A stretch of DNA of 64,000 nt from assembly GCA_025201805.1 (NCBI GenBank), contig MU619281.1, positions 118,596 to 182,595 of the forward strand. The letters run 5' to 3'. The DNA comes from Parasitella parasitica NRRL 2501. Lineage: Eukaryota; Fungi; Mucoromycota. This document shows, piece after piece, positions 25,901-35,871 of this stretch (position 1 is its first letter; each line of letters opens with the position of its first letter). The notes beneath the pieces are model-generated. The model was given only the letters and a program-made list of their open reading frames with translations, was not told where the DNA came from and made no database searches. A program made the position numbers and the translations under genes.

Positions 25901-26041
25901 AAAATTGCAGTTTTTTATTCCCCTCTGAATGTTTATATAAGACCCAATACTACTACTATATGCACATTGATTAAAGTGATCTTGCTATAATTTTGTGCAA
26001 ATTTAGCGATGGTAAATCAAACATCTGACTGGATTTGCTCG

Positions 26042-26060
26042 GAAACAATGAAATTTGAAG
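26042..26060 (+). promoter_or_regulatory. Conserved upstream element of 7-TM paralog 5 (gaaacaatgaaatttgaag)
   Basis: Identical over 19 nt to the element upstream of paralog 6. Confidence 0.6.
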
Positions 26061-26411
26061 AAAAAAGTCTAGGGGGGGACCCTTCTAATGGCCTGCAGCA
26101 CTAGGACAACATTGGTGTAGCACATTTCTGTAAAGATTATCATTATTTATACATTAATTATACAAACGAACAGTGCCAGTTTTGTCAATCACAATGTATT
26201 CAAAAATACTAAATATTCAAGTATTTTCTTCAAAGAATTTAAAGTACTAAGCAATAGGGCTTTTGTTTTGTTTAGCTATTTTCTCCTATGCCAATATATG
26301 ATTTGAAAAATGAAAAAAAATGATAAAAAACAAACGTGATTTTAGTACAAATGAGGATTGTGTACATTTGCAAAAGTCTAGTATATTTGCCTTCCATTGT
26401 CATGTCGCCAT

Positions 26412-26414
<3 letters not shown>

Positions 26415-26480
<66 letters not shown>
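26415..26480. repeat. Poly(A) tract, 66 nt
   Basis: Homopolymer about 315 bp upstream of the paralog 5 ATG. Confidence 0.9.
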
Positions 26481-26481
<1 letters not shown>

Positions 26482-26794
26482 CAAAGCAAAGCTTTGAAAT
26501 GGAATACATGTGTATTTTTTAATGAGCAACCATGAGTGAATGTAAAAAGAGTTGAAGAGAAGTATGAGGATGTCCATATTCCGTTACACGCTATAATTCT
26601 CTAGTTTTGTAAAATTTAAAGCAAGATGGAAATGCATTGTATTGTAACCACACTTTGCATTGTTAGATTAAGAAAGAGTGTATCCCAATTAGAATAAATA
26701 TTGTTTTTATTTTCGAGATATGTCTTGCCTCCTTCCTCTTTATCCCATCCTTTTCTTTCTTTTTCCAACTTTTATCAAAACTTATATACACTAC

Positions 26795-28236
26795 ATGAAT
26801 CATACTGACCCCAATCAAAGCAGTAGCTGTGGAATATCAGTAGGCTTTATAGGCTGCGTGGACGAAAAGCCTATGGTGTATCTATTTATATCAAATGCTA
26901 TCTGGGAAATTATTCTAGCGATCATAGGTGTGTAAGCAATTTTGATGTTGAGATGATAAACTAACATTTTTGCTGCTACAAAAAAAGGCTGGGGATTGTT
27001 ATGGCATAGGGTTATCATCAAGAAAATGCCTATTTTTGACTATAGTTCGCCGTACATATTCATTATCAGGCCAAAGCCAATTGAATCTATGATTCTGTTT
27101 GGAAGCATTTACAACATTTGTAAGCTTGGTTTTTTTGAATAATACTTTGACAACGTGTTCACATAGTTTGCAGGCAGAGTTTTGAATACCATTCTCTTTC
27201 TCACTCATGCACCCGAAAATCTCATCAAAGCATGTAAATATTGCTCATGCACTCATCCAAATACATCCAAATATATAACTTACTGACTACAATCTCAAGT
27301 TTTAAAAGAGTTACCATGGCAATTTGGTTGTTGTTCATTTGCGTGCTACCTATTCGGCATCGCCCATACAGTCTGCAGCGTAGGGTTATATTGTCTGTAA
27401 ATAGTATGCGCTATACTGACAAGTTTACCCAGAGCAACCAAATTTTTAAGGATAACTGGTACAAACAAGCACTAAAAATCGATATTATTTGCACCATGTT
27501 TATTGCATTGCCATTTATCACCAACAACATCTGTTCTATTAGTAAATTTGTATACACCCAGCAAGGCAACCTCAAGAAAGCTATATTATTTGATAATGTA
27601 CTATCGATATTGTGGGCAACGCACATCTTCATATTGTCTTGTTGGATCTTCTTTGCGGGATTACGATTAATCAAGATTTTGAAGCAGCATCTTCGCAACC
27701 AAATCGAGGCCGAGAATGCCGCAGCTATTGACAAGATCAGAAATGGCCTATTTAAAGTAGATCTACGTCGACATAAAGGGCTATGAAAAATACTCATCCA
27801 CTATTGTACAGGTTCGCATGACCATGGCAATTTCCATATCTTGCATGTTGTCATTTATACTTATCAAATGCCTGCACGTCGTTTTGATCAAGCATTTCGC
27901 ACATAACCGTAGCTTGACCATGGCCATGTCTACTATCCTGTTGCTAAATGGCACAGTAGCCTCAACGCTGGTAATCTTGACTATGCTAATCAAGTAAGTT
28001 TGAGCCCAGTTAAATTAAATCACTTGCTGACATGTCAAATATACAGCCCCAAAGCGCTGAGTTCTTTTAATTTTTTTTCCTCTGCCCAAGAAAGTTCTTG
28101 TGAATCTAACGCTGATAGCTCTTTCTTGTCCTCTCAGGCAGCAGATGAGTGCACCTTGATTGCAAGCCGAAAAGACAATTACAATATTCAAGTAGAGCTA
28201 GTGGACCAAACCGAAGAAAAGAAAGAACCCTGCTAA
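26795..28236 (+). CDS. Orphan 7-TM GPCR-like protein, paralog 5 (7 exons)
   Basis: MNHTDPNQSSSCGISVGFIGCVDEKPMVYLF.. / ..IIRPKPIESMILFGSIYNI / RVLNTILFLTHAPENLIKA / LPWQFGCCSFACYLFGIAHTVCS / ..AGLRLIKILKQHL..KIRNGLFK / VRMTM..VASTLVILTMLI / NPKALSSF..EPC*. Confidence 0.85.
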
Positions 28237-28470
28237 GAGGATTTCCTCTACCTAATTTTAACTCGACAAAAAACACGGCCTGCAACCAGCACAACCTACC
28301 CTGATAACCTAATTCATAATTTCCTAATAATACATATGGAAGTGAAGCTCGACGAAAAATCGTGGTGGATACTCCCAGCTAATACCGTGCACTTACTATA
28401 ACAATCCAGCCACAAAAGGGTCACATTTATAAAATAAAACAATCCCTATTCCTTTTTTCTTTTCTCAAAG

Positions 28471-29919
28471 ATGAATCGTACACCACTGTTAAAAACTCTG
28501 TTTTTATCAATCTCTACAGGTAAAAGTATAACTCCATCTAAGCTACGGTCGTTGATGACTAAATTTCCTGCTACAGAATGCTTTCAACAGCGATCATATG
28601 CAATTATGAGCCGAGCAAAACATCGAGCAGGCCTCCCTGTTGCACCAGTAACCTCTACCAGTACAAAGGCACCCAAAAAAGCAACAAGCAGGAATGCGAA
28701 AGCGGCCAAGGATGCTCTGAAATGGCGCACTACAGGATACTTTAACAAACAGCATGAGCATGCAGACGAAAAAACCACGCGGGCTTTATTGAAAAATCGA
28801 TTAGAGAATTTGAATTTTCGAAAACCTGCAGACATCAGCGAACGATTGATCAAAGTGCAACCACAAAGCGAGATTGTTCAGCCTGAAAATCCACATTTAC
28901 TCAAAGTTGCTGTCATTGGAGCTGCCAATGCTGGAAAATCAACCTTGATTAACAAAATCGTAGGAGAAGAGGTAAGTCATTTTGACAGCTTCGGATAGGC
29001 AATTAACTGGTATGACAGGTGACGGGCGTATCACCCAAGGCACATACAACAAGAGAAAGGATTTTAGCTGTATATTCTCATGGTAATTATCAGATTGTAT
29101 TTCTAGACACTCCAGGTGTCATTCCTGACCACAATCATGCCAAGATGAATCGAACATTAGCTACTACTTCATGGAGATCTTTGGATGAGGCAGATCACGG
29201 TATGTTTGCGCAGTGTAGGTCTATTTATGTCCCTGACGAGCTTTTTCCCCTTAGTGATGATTGTTGTGGATGCTGGTCGGTCTATTCAGCCTCAATCTCG
29301 TGCAGCTAAAGATTTCATATTGGATAGAATCAAGGATCTGAAAATTCCAGCTACGTTGGTTTTCAACAAGATGGATCTACTGCACGAGGATCGCAGTTTA
29401 TTAGAGCAAGTCGCAGAAGAATACACTAACGGGTATCCTCGCTTCAAAAAGACATTGTATATATCAGCAGTCTATGAAGAAGGAATAGAAAAAGTCAAGG
29501 TAGTATATGTGTACATGGCCATAGCTAAAGACTAGCGATTCTTACTTGGATGATAGGACGTGTTATGCGAGCAATCACCTAAAAAGAAATGGTTATATCC
29601 AGCAGACCAAAAAACAGAAACGCCTACTTTGAAGCGAGTCGAAGAGCTGATTCGAGTTCAATTTTTCAAGAGATTGCATCAGTACATTCCCTACATGCTG
29701 AAGCTGGAAAATGTTGGCTGGACAGAAATGAAAGACGGTACTTTGCGCATAGATCAAAATGTCTATGTGGAAAGAGATAGTCAGCAAAAGATTGTCATTG
29801 GCTTTCAGGGCAGAATCATCAACAGTGTAGTCGAAGAAGCTACAAAGCAGATCAGCAAAGCTCTCAAAAGGCCTGTCAAACTATTTATTCAAATCAAGAC
29901 AAGAAAACCAAACGTGTAG
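28471..29919 (+). CDS. Era-family GTPase, probably mitochondrial (ERAL1-like), 4 exons
   Basis: Basic N-terminal presequence-like region, G1 GAANAGKS, VSPKAHTTR, G3 DTPG, G4 NKMD, ISA, and a C-terminal KH domain (SQQKIVIGFQG). Confidence 0.9.
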
Positions 29920-29935
29920 AATTTATTGTAGATTA

Positions 29936-32017
29936 TTAAACTGCTTGCTGCTGTTGCTGTTTCATAGATAAAAGTTCATCGATTTTGCTCATTCCATCTA
30001 TAAACGCATGTTTATCCAATAAGCCCTTGTGATCAGGATCACATTCTTTCCAAATTCTGGCTAAATCTTCGTTCGATAGTCTACTCTTGAGCCATACAAA
30101 ATGTGCTGTTTCTCCATCCACATAGCCATCATCATGAATTGATTCAAACAGGGTTTCATAACGCTGTTTCTTCTTGCTATGATTACCAAAAGTTGTATTT
30201 TTGCTTTTCGGAGGCCGGGAGGGTGGAGGGGGTGGTGGGTCGGCTTTCTTTTTAGCAGGTTCTATCGTTGCAGTCGTCGCAGACGGCGCTTGCGACAGAG
30301 ATACAGGGTGAGTAATAGGTGAAGTAGGTCTTTCATGAAAACCAGATTTGGTCGTAGTTGGCGCTTTTGGCCTAAGTGCTGCCATCCAATCTGGCGGTGC
30401 CGTTGAAGATGAGGAAGAGACAGGATTCGTAGCTGATCTAGCTCTATTGTTCTTCAATACAGCAGATGGCTTGACATTAACATCTTGAGGTTGATTTTTG
30501 GTGTTGTCTGCAGATTGCCAACTATCTAAACTAGGTCTGACAATAAATTTGGCTCCAACTGTAGGTTTTGCAGTGGACACAGCGGGTTTTGTGGCTGCAT
30601 TGCGAGGAGGTGGTGCAGTGGTGGGTTTGGAGGATACTGTCACATTTGGTATTGTTGCTGCAGGTGCAGACTCATTTTTGTTGCTTTTGCTGAGCAAAAT
30701 CTCAATACATGACATGGCAGGTTTGGGTTGAATAGGTGGGGGATTTGATGTACTACGAAGTTTAGGTCTTGGAGGTAGAGAGGGCTGTTTTGCTGTTGTT
30801 GTGCTATTGATTTGGGGTTTAGGTTTCAAAATAGGAGGAGGTGTTGCTTTCTCGGTTGGTTCTCTGACAGCTGTTAAATTAAAATTTGGTGCGTTCGACA
30901 CTGTCTTGTTGGAGGTAGTAATAGGCGATAAATTAAGAGACGATGAAGATGAGTTTCTGCTGTTTCGGGATCTTCTAGTCGCTGTAGATATTGGTCGAGA
31001 TGGCAAACGAGGCATAGGACTACTTGAAGGAGCAGTAATTAACTTGAAAGAAGATATGGATTCTGAAGAAGCTGATTTATCACCGCTAATCTTATAACCA
31101 GACGCCTTCGTGTCAGCCGTTTTCTTCCAAGAAGGAGTGGTAGCTGTAGTAGACTTTGCAAAAGAAGTCGATTGAGACGCAAAGGGTCTGATGGAAGAAG
31201 TTGCGGTTTGGTTTTTACGCAGTTGTGAAGGTTTGATCATTTGAAATCCATCTTCTTCTTTGTCATTATTACTGTTGCTGCTATTTGGTTTAATGCTGCT
31301 CATACCATGTAGAGCAATTCCAGCAGTATTGTTCTTTAAAAATGTATTATTGGATTTCCGGTTGGAGGATGATGATTTAGGCGATCCTTTACTTAAAGCA
31401 AGCTCCAAAGCACTTTTTGTTCCCTTTCCATTCAATAGCTGAGACGGTCTCAATGTTTTTTCGGCTTGTATTGGCTCCTTTTCGGCTTCATTCAATATCG
31501 CAGATGTAGAATATGATCGAGAACGAGTAGGTGAGTAGGCCGTTGACTTCATGCTGCCGACAGGCTTTAATTTAGGTTTCGTAAATGAGTTTGCGTTGCT
31601 ATTGTCTCCATAGAGCTTGACACCCAATCCGATAGTGTTGCTATTTGATATAGAGGATGTTGCAGGTAGTTTTGCTTTACTATCGGCTGTAAAAGCGCTA
31701 GGAATACTGTTCACATTGTTATTGCTCGATTTAGAGATCTTTCCAGAAGTTATGGCAGCTTCAAAAGCATCAATAGGAGGGAATTTGGATAAAGGCCTTT
31801 CATCCATGTAGTTTTGAGATTGAGCAGCAGTTACTTGAACCACATAATTATACGGAAATAAGCCTGTTTCTGAAGTGTTTTGTATTCTGCCGGTATACCA
31901 GCCTTCTTCGCCTGACTCCTCCACGTCTACAAGTATGTCGCCTTCCCTGAATGATAGCTCTCCAGCTTCATCAGCTGAACAGTCAAACACTGCCTTCATG
32001 CTCTTTTTCGTTGTCAT
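29936..32017 (-). CDS. SH3 - Pro/Ser-rich - EH domain adaptor protein (single exon, 693 aa)
   Basis: N-terminal SH3 (AVFDC..ELSFREGD..EGWY.G..GLFPYNYV), many PxxP motifs, and a C-terminal EH domain (WLKSRLSNEDLARIWKECDPDHKGLLDKHAF). Confidence 0.85.
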   Translation of the reverse strand: MTTKKSMKAVFDCSADEAGELSFREGDILVDVEESGEEGWYTGRIQNTSETGLFPYNYVVQVTAAQSQNYMDERPLSKFPPIDAFEAAITSGKISKSSNNNVNSIPSAFTADSKAKLPATSSISNSNTIGLGVKLYGDNSNANSFTKPKLKPVGSMKSTAYSPTRSRSYSTSAILNEAEKEPIQAEKTLRPSQLLNGKGTKSALELALSKGSPKSSSSNRKSNNTFLKNNTAGIALHGMSSIKPNSSNSNNDKEEDGFQMIKPSQLRKNQTATSSIRPFASQSTSFAKSTTATTPSWKKTADTKASGYKISGDKSASSESISSFKLITAPSSSPMPRLPSRPISTATRRSRNSRNSSSSSLNLSPITTSNKTVSNAPNFNLTAVREPTEKATPPPILKPKPQINSTTTAKQPSLPPRPKLRSTSNPPPIQPKPAMSCIEILLSKSNKNESAPAATIPNVTVSSKPTTAPPPRNAATKPAVSTAKPTVGAKFIVRPSLDSWQSADNTKNQPQDVNVKPSAVLKNNRARSATNPVSSSSSTAPPDWMAALRPKAPTTTKSGFHERPTSPITHPVSLSQAPSATTATIEPAKKKADPPPPPPSRPPKSKNTTFGNHSKKKQRYETLFESIHDDGYVDGETAHFVWLKSRLSNEDLARIWKECDPDHKGLLDKHAFIDGMSKIDELLSMKQQQQQAV

Positions 32018-32167
32018 GGTTATGTAGATAAAGGATTCAAAAGAACACGAAAATTATTTTGCCACATAGACATGAGCTAATTTTGTGTGTATTTTTTCGG
32101 AAAATGAATGAAAACCCTCGCCATGCCGTTAAAACACTCAACTTTGGTAAATTCAACACAATTGCAT

Positions 32168-33003
32168 TTATTTATTGACATCTTCTACAGTTAAACCAGT
32201 TAGGCCTTTGCCATTCATCATTGCCAATACATAATCTGATATATATTTTGATTCCGCCATTGCGCCAAGGCCTACGCAGACATTCATGAAAGGTTTATAT
32301 TTTTGAAAACATTTTGAGAAAAGGCAGCTTACCTGTGTCTCCACAAGCTAATTTTTTGCTGATCGGCTGAATAACGTTGTATTTCAATACGCTTTCGAGT
32401 ATTTCTAAATGTTTTGAGGTGAAGGGGTGATCCCACATGCTTGTATTCATGGCAGGACATGCGACGACAGGTTTACATACATTCCAAGCACGAAGCACGC
32501 AGGTCTTTTTTTACGAACATGAATATGAAATTAATTAATCTTTCATGCATGGACTTCTTCATCTCTACCACTCTCGCATGCTCATTACCAATAAATTATC
32601 GCATAACCCATTTGCTATTTTACCAAGAGTATTCGCATCTAAAGGAGCAATGACCATGATGTCAGCCCAATTACGCAACTATGCAAATTGAGTATTGGAT
32701 TGCAAATTGTTGCCTATAATGTAAACATACCTCTATATGCAAGATTGGATCAGTTATTTTCTGCCATCCCTACATAGATTCTTCATGAGTCTAGTGCAAT
32801 CAATTGCTCTTGTTACATACGTTCCATTCATCTTGTTCTCTATATACTTCACAATCAATGGTCATATCCTTGACAAAAAAGTATGCTGACTCTGTCAAAA
32901 TTACTTTAACATGAATATTGGGGTCTTTTTTCAAGAAATCGACAAGCAAAGGCACTTTGATGGTTGCAATACTGCCAGTGGCACCGATAAGAATATTAGT
33001 CAT
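32168..33003 (-). CDS. Phosphopantothenoylcysteine decarboxylase / HAL3-type flavoprotein, multi-exon
   Basis: NILIGATGSIATIK, PILHIE|LRNWADIMVIAPLDANTLGKIANGLCDNL, PAMNTSMWDHP and KKLACGDTG|LGAM. Confidence 0.9.
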
Positions 33004-33884
33004 CGTGTAATAAAAATACACAAGAGACAAAAAAAAACAAATCAAGACCACCCGTGAATGAGCTTATCATTGGCCATATTTCGAAATAGGATACTGCCAA
33101 ATTTTGCCTGCTACAAGTTTGATTTTCATGACTTTCCATTAAAGATACTGGTACGTATGGATACCAATTTTCTCGCTGTACTAAAGGATGTACTCTGTGA
33201 GATTGTGAAAAATTTTGTCAAGTCTAGCAGTCAGCTGGTGTTCGATGGTCTTATTCGACCAGATGATGTTATCTGATCCAGTTCAACAAAACCGAACACA
33301 TGCGATAACTTATATATGTTTAACAATAAATTATTTTATTGCATAAATACAAATTTATGAAAAGCTGCATACAATACCCGAAGTTGCAAAAATATTTGTC
33401 ATCATATGTGCACATTTACTATAGTAATTTAGTGAATTTAGGTCAATAATTCATCCAACTCTAAGTAAATAGTAGTTTAAGAATTGATGTACACATCAAT
33501 AAACAAGCTCAACACTCGCTTAATTTTCAAAAAGAGTCGAATTTCGATTATTCTAGTCAATATTAGAGTAACATTATATCATGATTCAAAAGAAAATTGG
33601 GGAAAAATTTTAAGCAGTAACTACAAACCAAGAGAAGCTATCCAGTGCACAGAAAACCGATGTGTTGACGGCTGTTGTGATCAGAAGTATTATAAGAAAG
33701 GCTAGTTTATGTTGTGAAAAAATATCTTGCCAATATCATTTGACGTATGCAATTGATAGCATATTCTAATAAATGAAGGATTCAAGTATATACAATTTCA
33801 TTGTAATTGCTGCATTGACTATAATTAGACAACTGAAATGAGTTTTTTAATTAGTAGTTTGAAAAGCTAAAGAGTGTGATCACT

Positions 33885-33920
33885 GAAACAATGAAATTTG
33901 AAGGGGGAATGCTTCCCCCT
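33885..33920 (+). promoter_or_regulatory. Conserved upstream element of 7-TM paralog 6 (tgaaacaatgaaatttgaag) with adjacent G/C inverted repeat
   Basis: 19-nt identity with 26042-26060. Followed by ggggaa-tgc-ttcccc. About 495 bp before the ATG. Confidence 0.6.
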
Positions 33921-34321
33921 CTCGGATGCATCACGAGTGCATCAAGAATATTATTTGCGTAAGCAGTTTACTTGAAGGATGAAGCAGAAACAAAATATTG
34001 CTCTAATCTGTATAATTTTTTTTATAAAGTATACACATGTATTGGTATGCACACGATAGTCAGAACTTACATTTAACGGCGCAGAAGAAATTTACTTCAA
34101 TTTTTTTTTTTTTTTTTTCCTATTTTTTGCTTGAATCATAGATACACGTCAAGTTCATTCAGGTTTGAAGTAGTATGTTCAGTATGAATTGTCCATAAAA
34201 TTCAGACAAATGTATTCATTAGTTTATCAAGAAAAAATTGCAAATGTTTTAGTTCTTGGGTGTTGAATATATATCTATCAGCAGGCCTTTTTTTTTTTTT
34301 TTTTACTTATTTTTGATTCTC

Positions 34322-34322
<1 letters not shown>

Positions 34323-34352
<30 letters not shown>
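34323..34352. repeat. (TTTC)n microsatellite immediately 5' of the paralog 6 ATG
   Basis: tttctttctttc run. Confidence 0.85.
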
Positions 34353-34355
<3 letters not shown>

Positions 34356-34380
34356 CCCTTCCCTTCTTCTTTCTTCCAAG

Positions 34381-35871
34381 ATGTATGGACAATCTGACAA
34401 TTATGATTTCTCAAGATGCCTAAACCAGGGTGTTGCAGGCTGTGTAAACGAAGCGCCTTTGTTGTACATTTATATTTCGAACGCAATTTGGGCATTAGTA
34501 GTTGGGGTGATAGGTGTGAGCGATTTCAGTAATCATGCATAAATGAATTAACACAATGCTAAACTCAACAGGATTTGGGTTGTTATGGCATAGAACCTTT
34601 GTGAGGAAATTTCGCATTTTTGATTTCAACTCTCCCATACCTTTCATTATCAGGCCAAAGCCAATTGAATCCATGCTGTTATTTGGATCGATCTCTAATT
34701 TTCGTAGGTTTAACCTAGCATCCTGAATAGTATTTTGACAGCATATTAATCATGTTGATAGTCGACGCACTTCATTGTATTGTGACTATAACTAATCCAG
34801 ACGCCTTAGAATTAGTTGCTGAAGAGGTTCCTAAAGTTTGTAAATATACAGTAATAATACGAAAATAATTAAACGATCTAATAACTATTCATAGTCCTTG
34901 CTCATTTACCTTGGCAGTTCGGTATTTGCTCGTTTTCATGCTATCTATTTGGTATTGCTCATACAGTTTGCAATGTATATGTTATAGCATAAATTTATGA
35001 CATATTTTCAATAACTAACAATGCAAATAGAGCAATCAACTCGTTGGAAAAAACTGGTATAGAATGTCATTAAGGATTGACATTATTTGCACAGTCTTCA
35101 TCATATTACCATTCATTACCACCAATGTCTGTTCTATTGCTGTTATTGCTTCGTATTTACAGTTTCACATTGAAGCAGGCTTAATTTTTCAAGGTGTGCT
35201 ATATTATCAATGGATGGTGTATTGGTCCATACTAGCTGCCATGATTTTTATTGCTGGATTGCGGTTAATCAAGATCTTGAAAGAACATCTTCGCAATCAA
35301 ATCGAAGCTGGCAATGAAACACATGTTCAAAAGATTAAAAATGGGTTGCTCAAAGTAACTGTCTCTCAAAACAAAGAAAGATATAATATACTTACTGTCA
35401 GATAGGTTCGCATGACCATGGCGATCAGCATCAGTTCCATGCTGCTATTCATATTTATTAGATATTCTTACGATTTAATGAGAGAACAACTGGAGAATAA
35501 TTATGGAGTAACTCTGGGCTTTACTATTGTAATACTATACCACAGGACTTTAGCTACAACTCTCGTCGTCATGACTGTGTTGCTCAAGTAAGTTTTGTAT
35601 AATGACTAGAGTATACCGTCACTAACTTGTAAAGTATAGTCCTACTGCATTAGGGGCATTCATCATGATGTCTTCCAACAAAGAGAATTCACCTGAAACA
35701 AAATTTGATAGTGCCGCTAATAAATCTAATATCACCGTTCCCACAGACGAAGTGACCCTACTAGCAAGCAATATCGAAAAGGGGAAAGACAGCCACGATC
35801 TTCACAGACAGTCGATAGATGCTCTATCCCAAGATCAGAAAACTGCCATGGCGCCTCTCCAGATAGTTTAA
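34381..35871 (+). CDS. Orphan 7-TM GPCR-like protein, paralog 6 (7 exons)
   Basis: MYGQSDNYDFSRCLNQGVAGCVNEAPLLYIY.. / ..IIRPKPIESMLLFGSISNF / DALHCIVTITNPDALELVAEEVPKV / LPWQFGICSFSCYLFGIAHTVCN / ..AGLRLIKILKEHL..KIKNGLLK / VRMTM..LATTLVVMTVLL / NPTALGAF..QIV*. Confidence 0.85.

Noticed and set aside
26272-26577. Poly-Phe/poly-Lys ORFs (also 40628-41025)
   Set aside because: Produced by homopolymer tracts, with no other coding signal.
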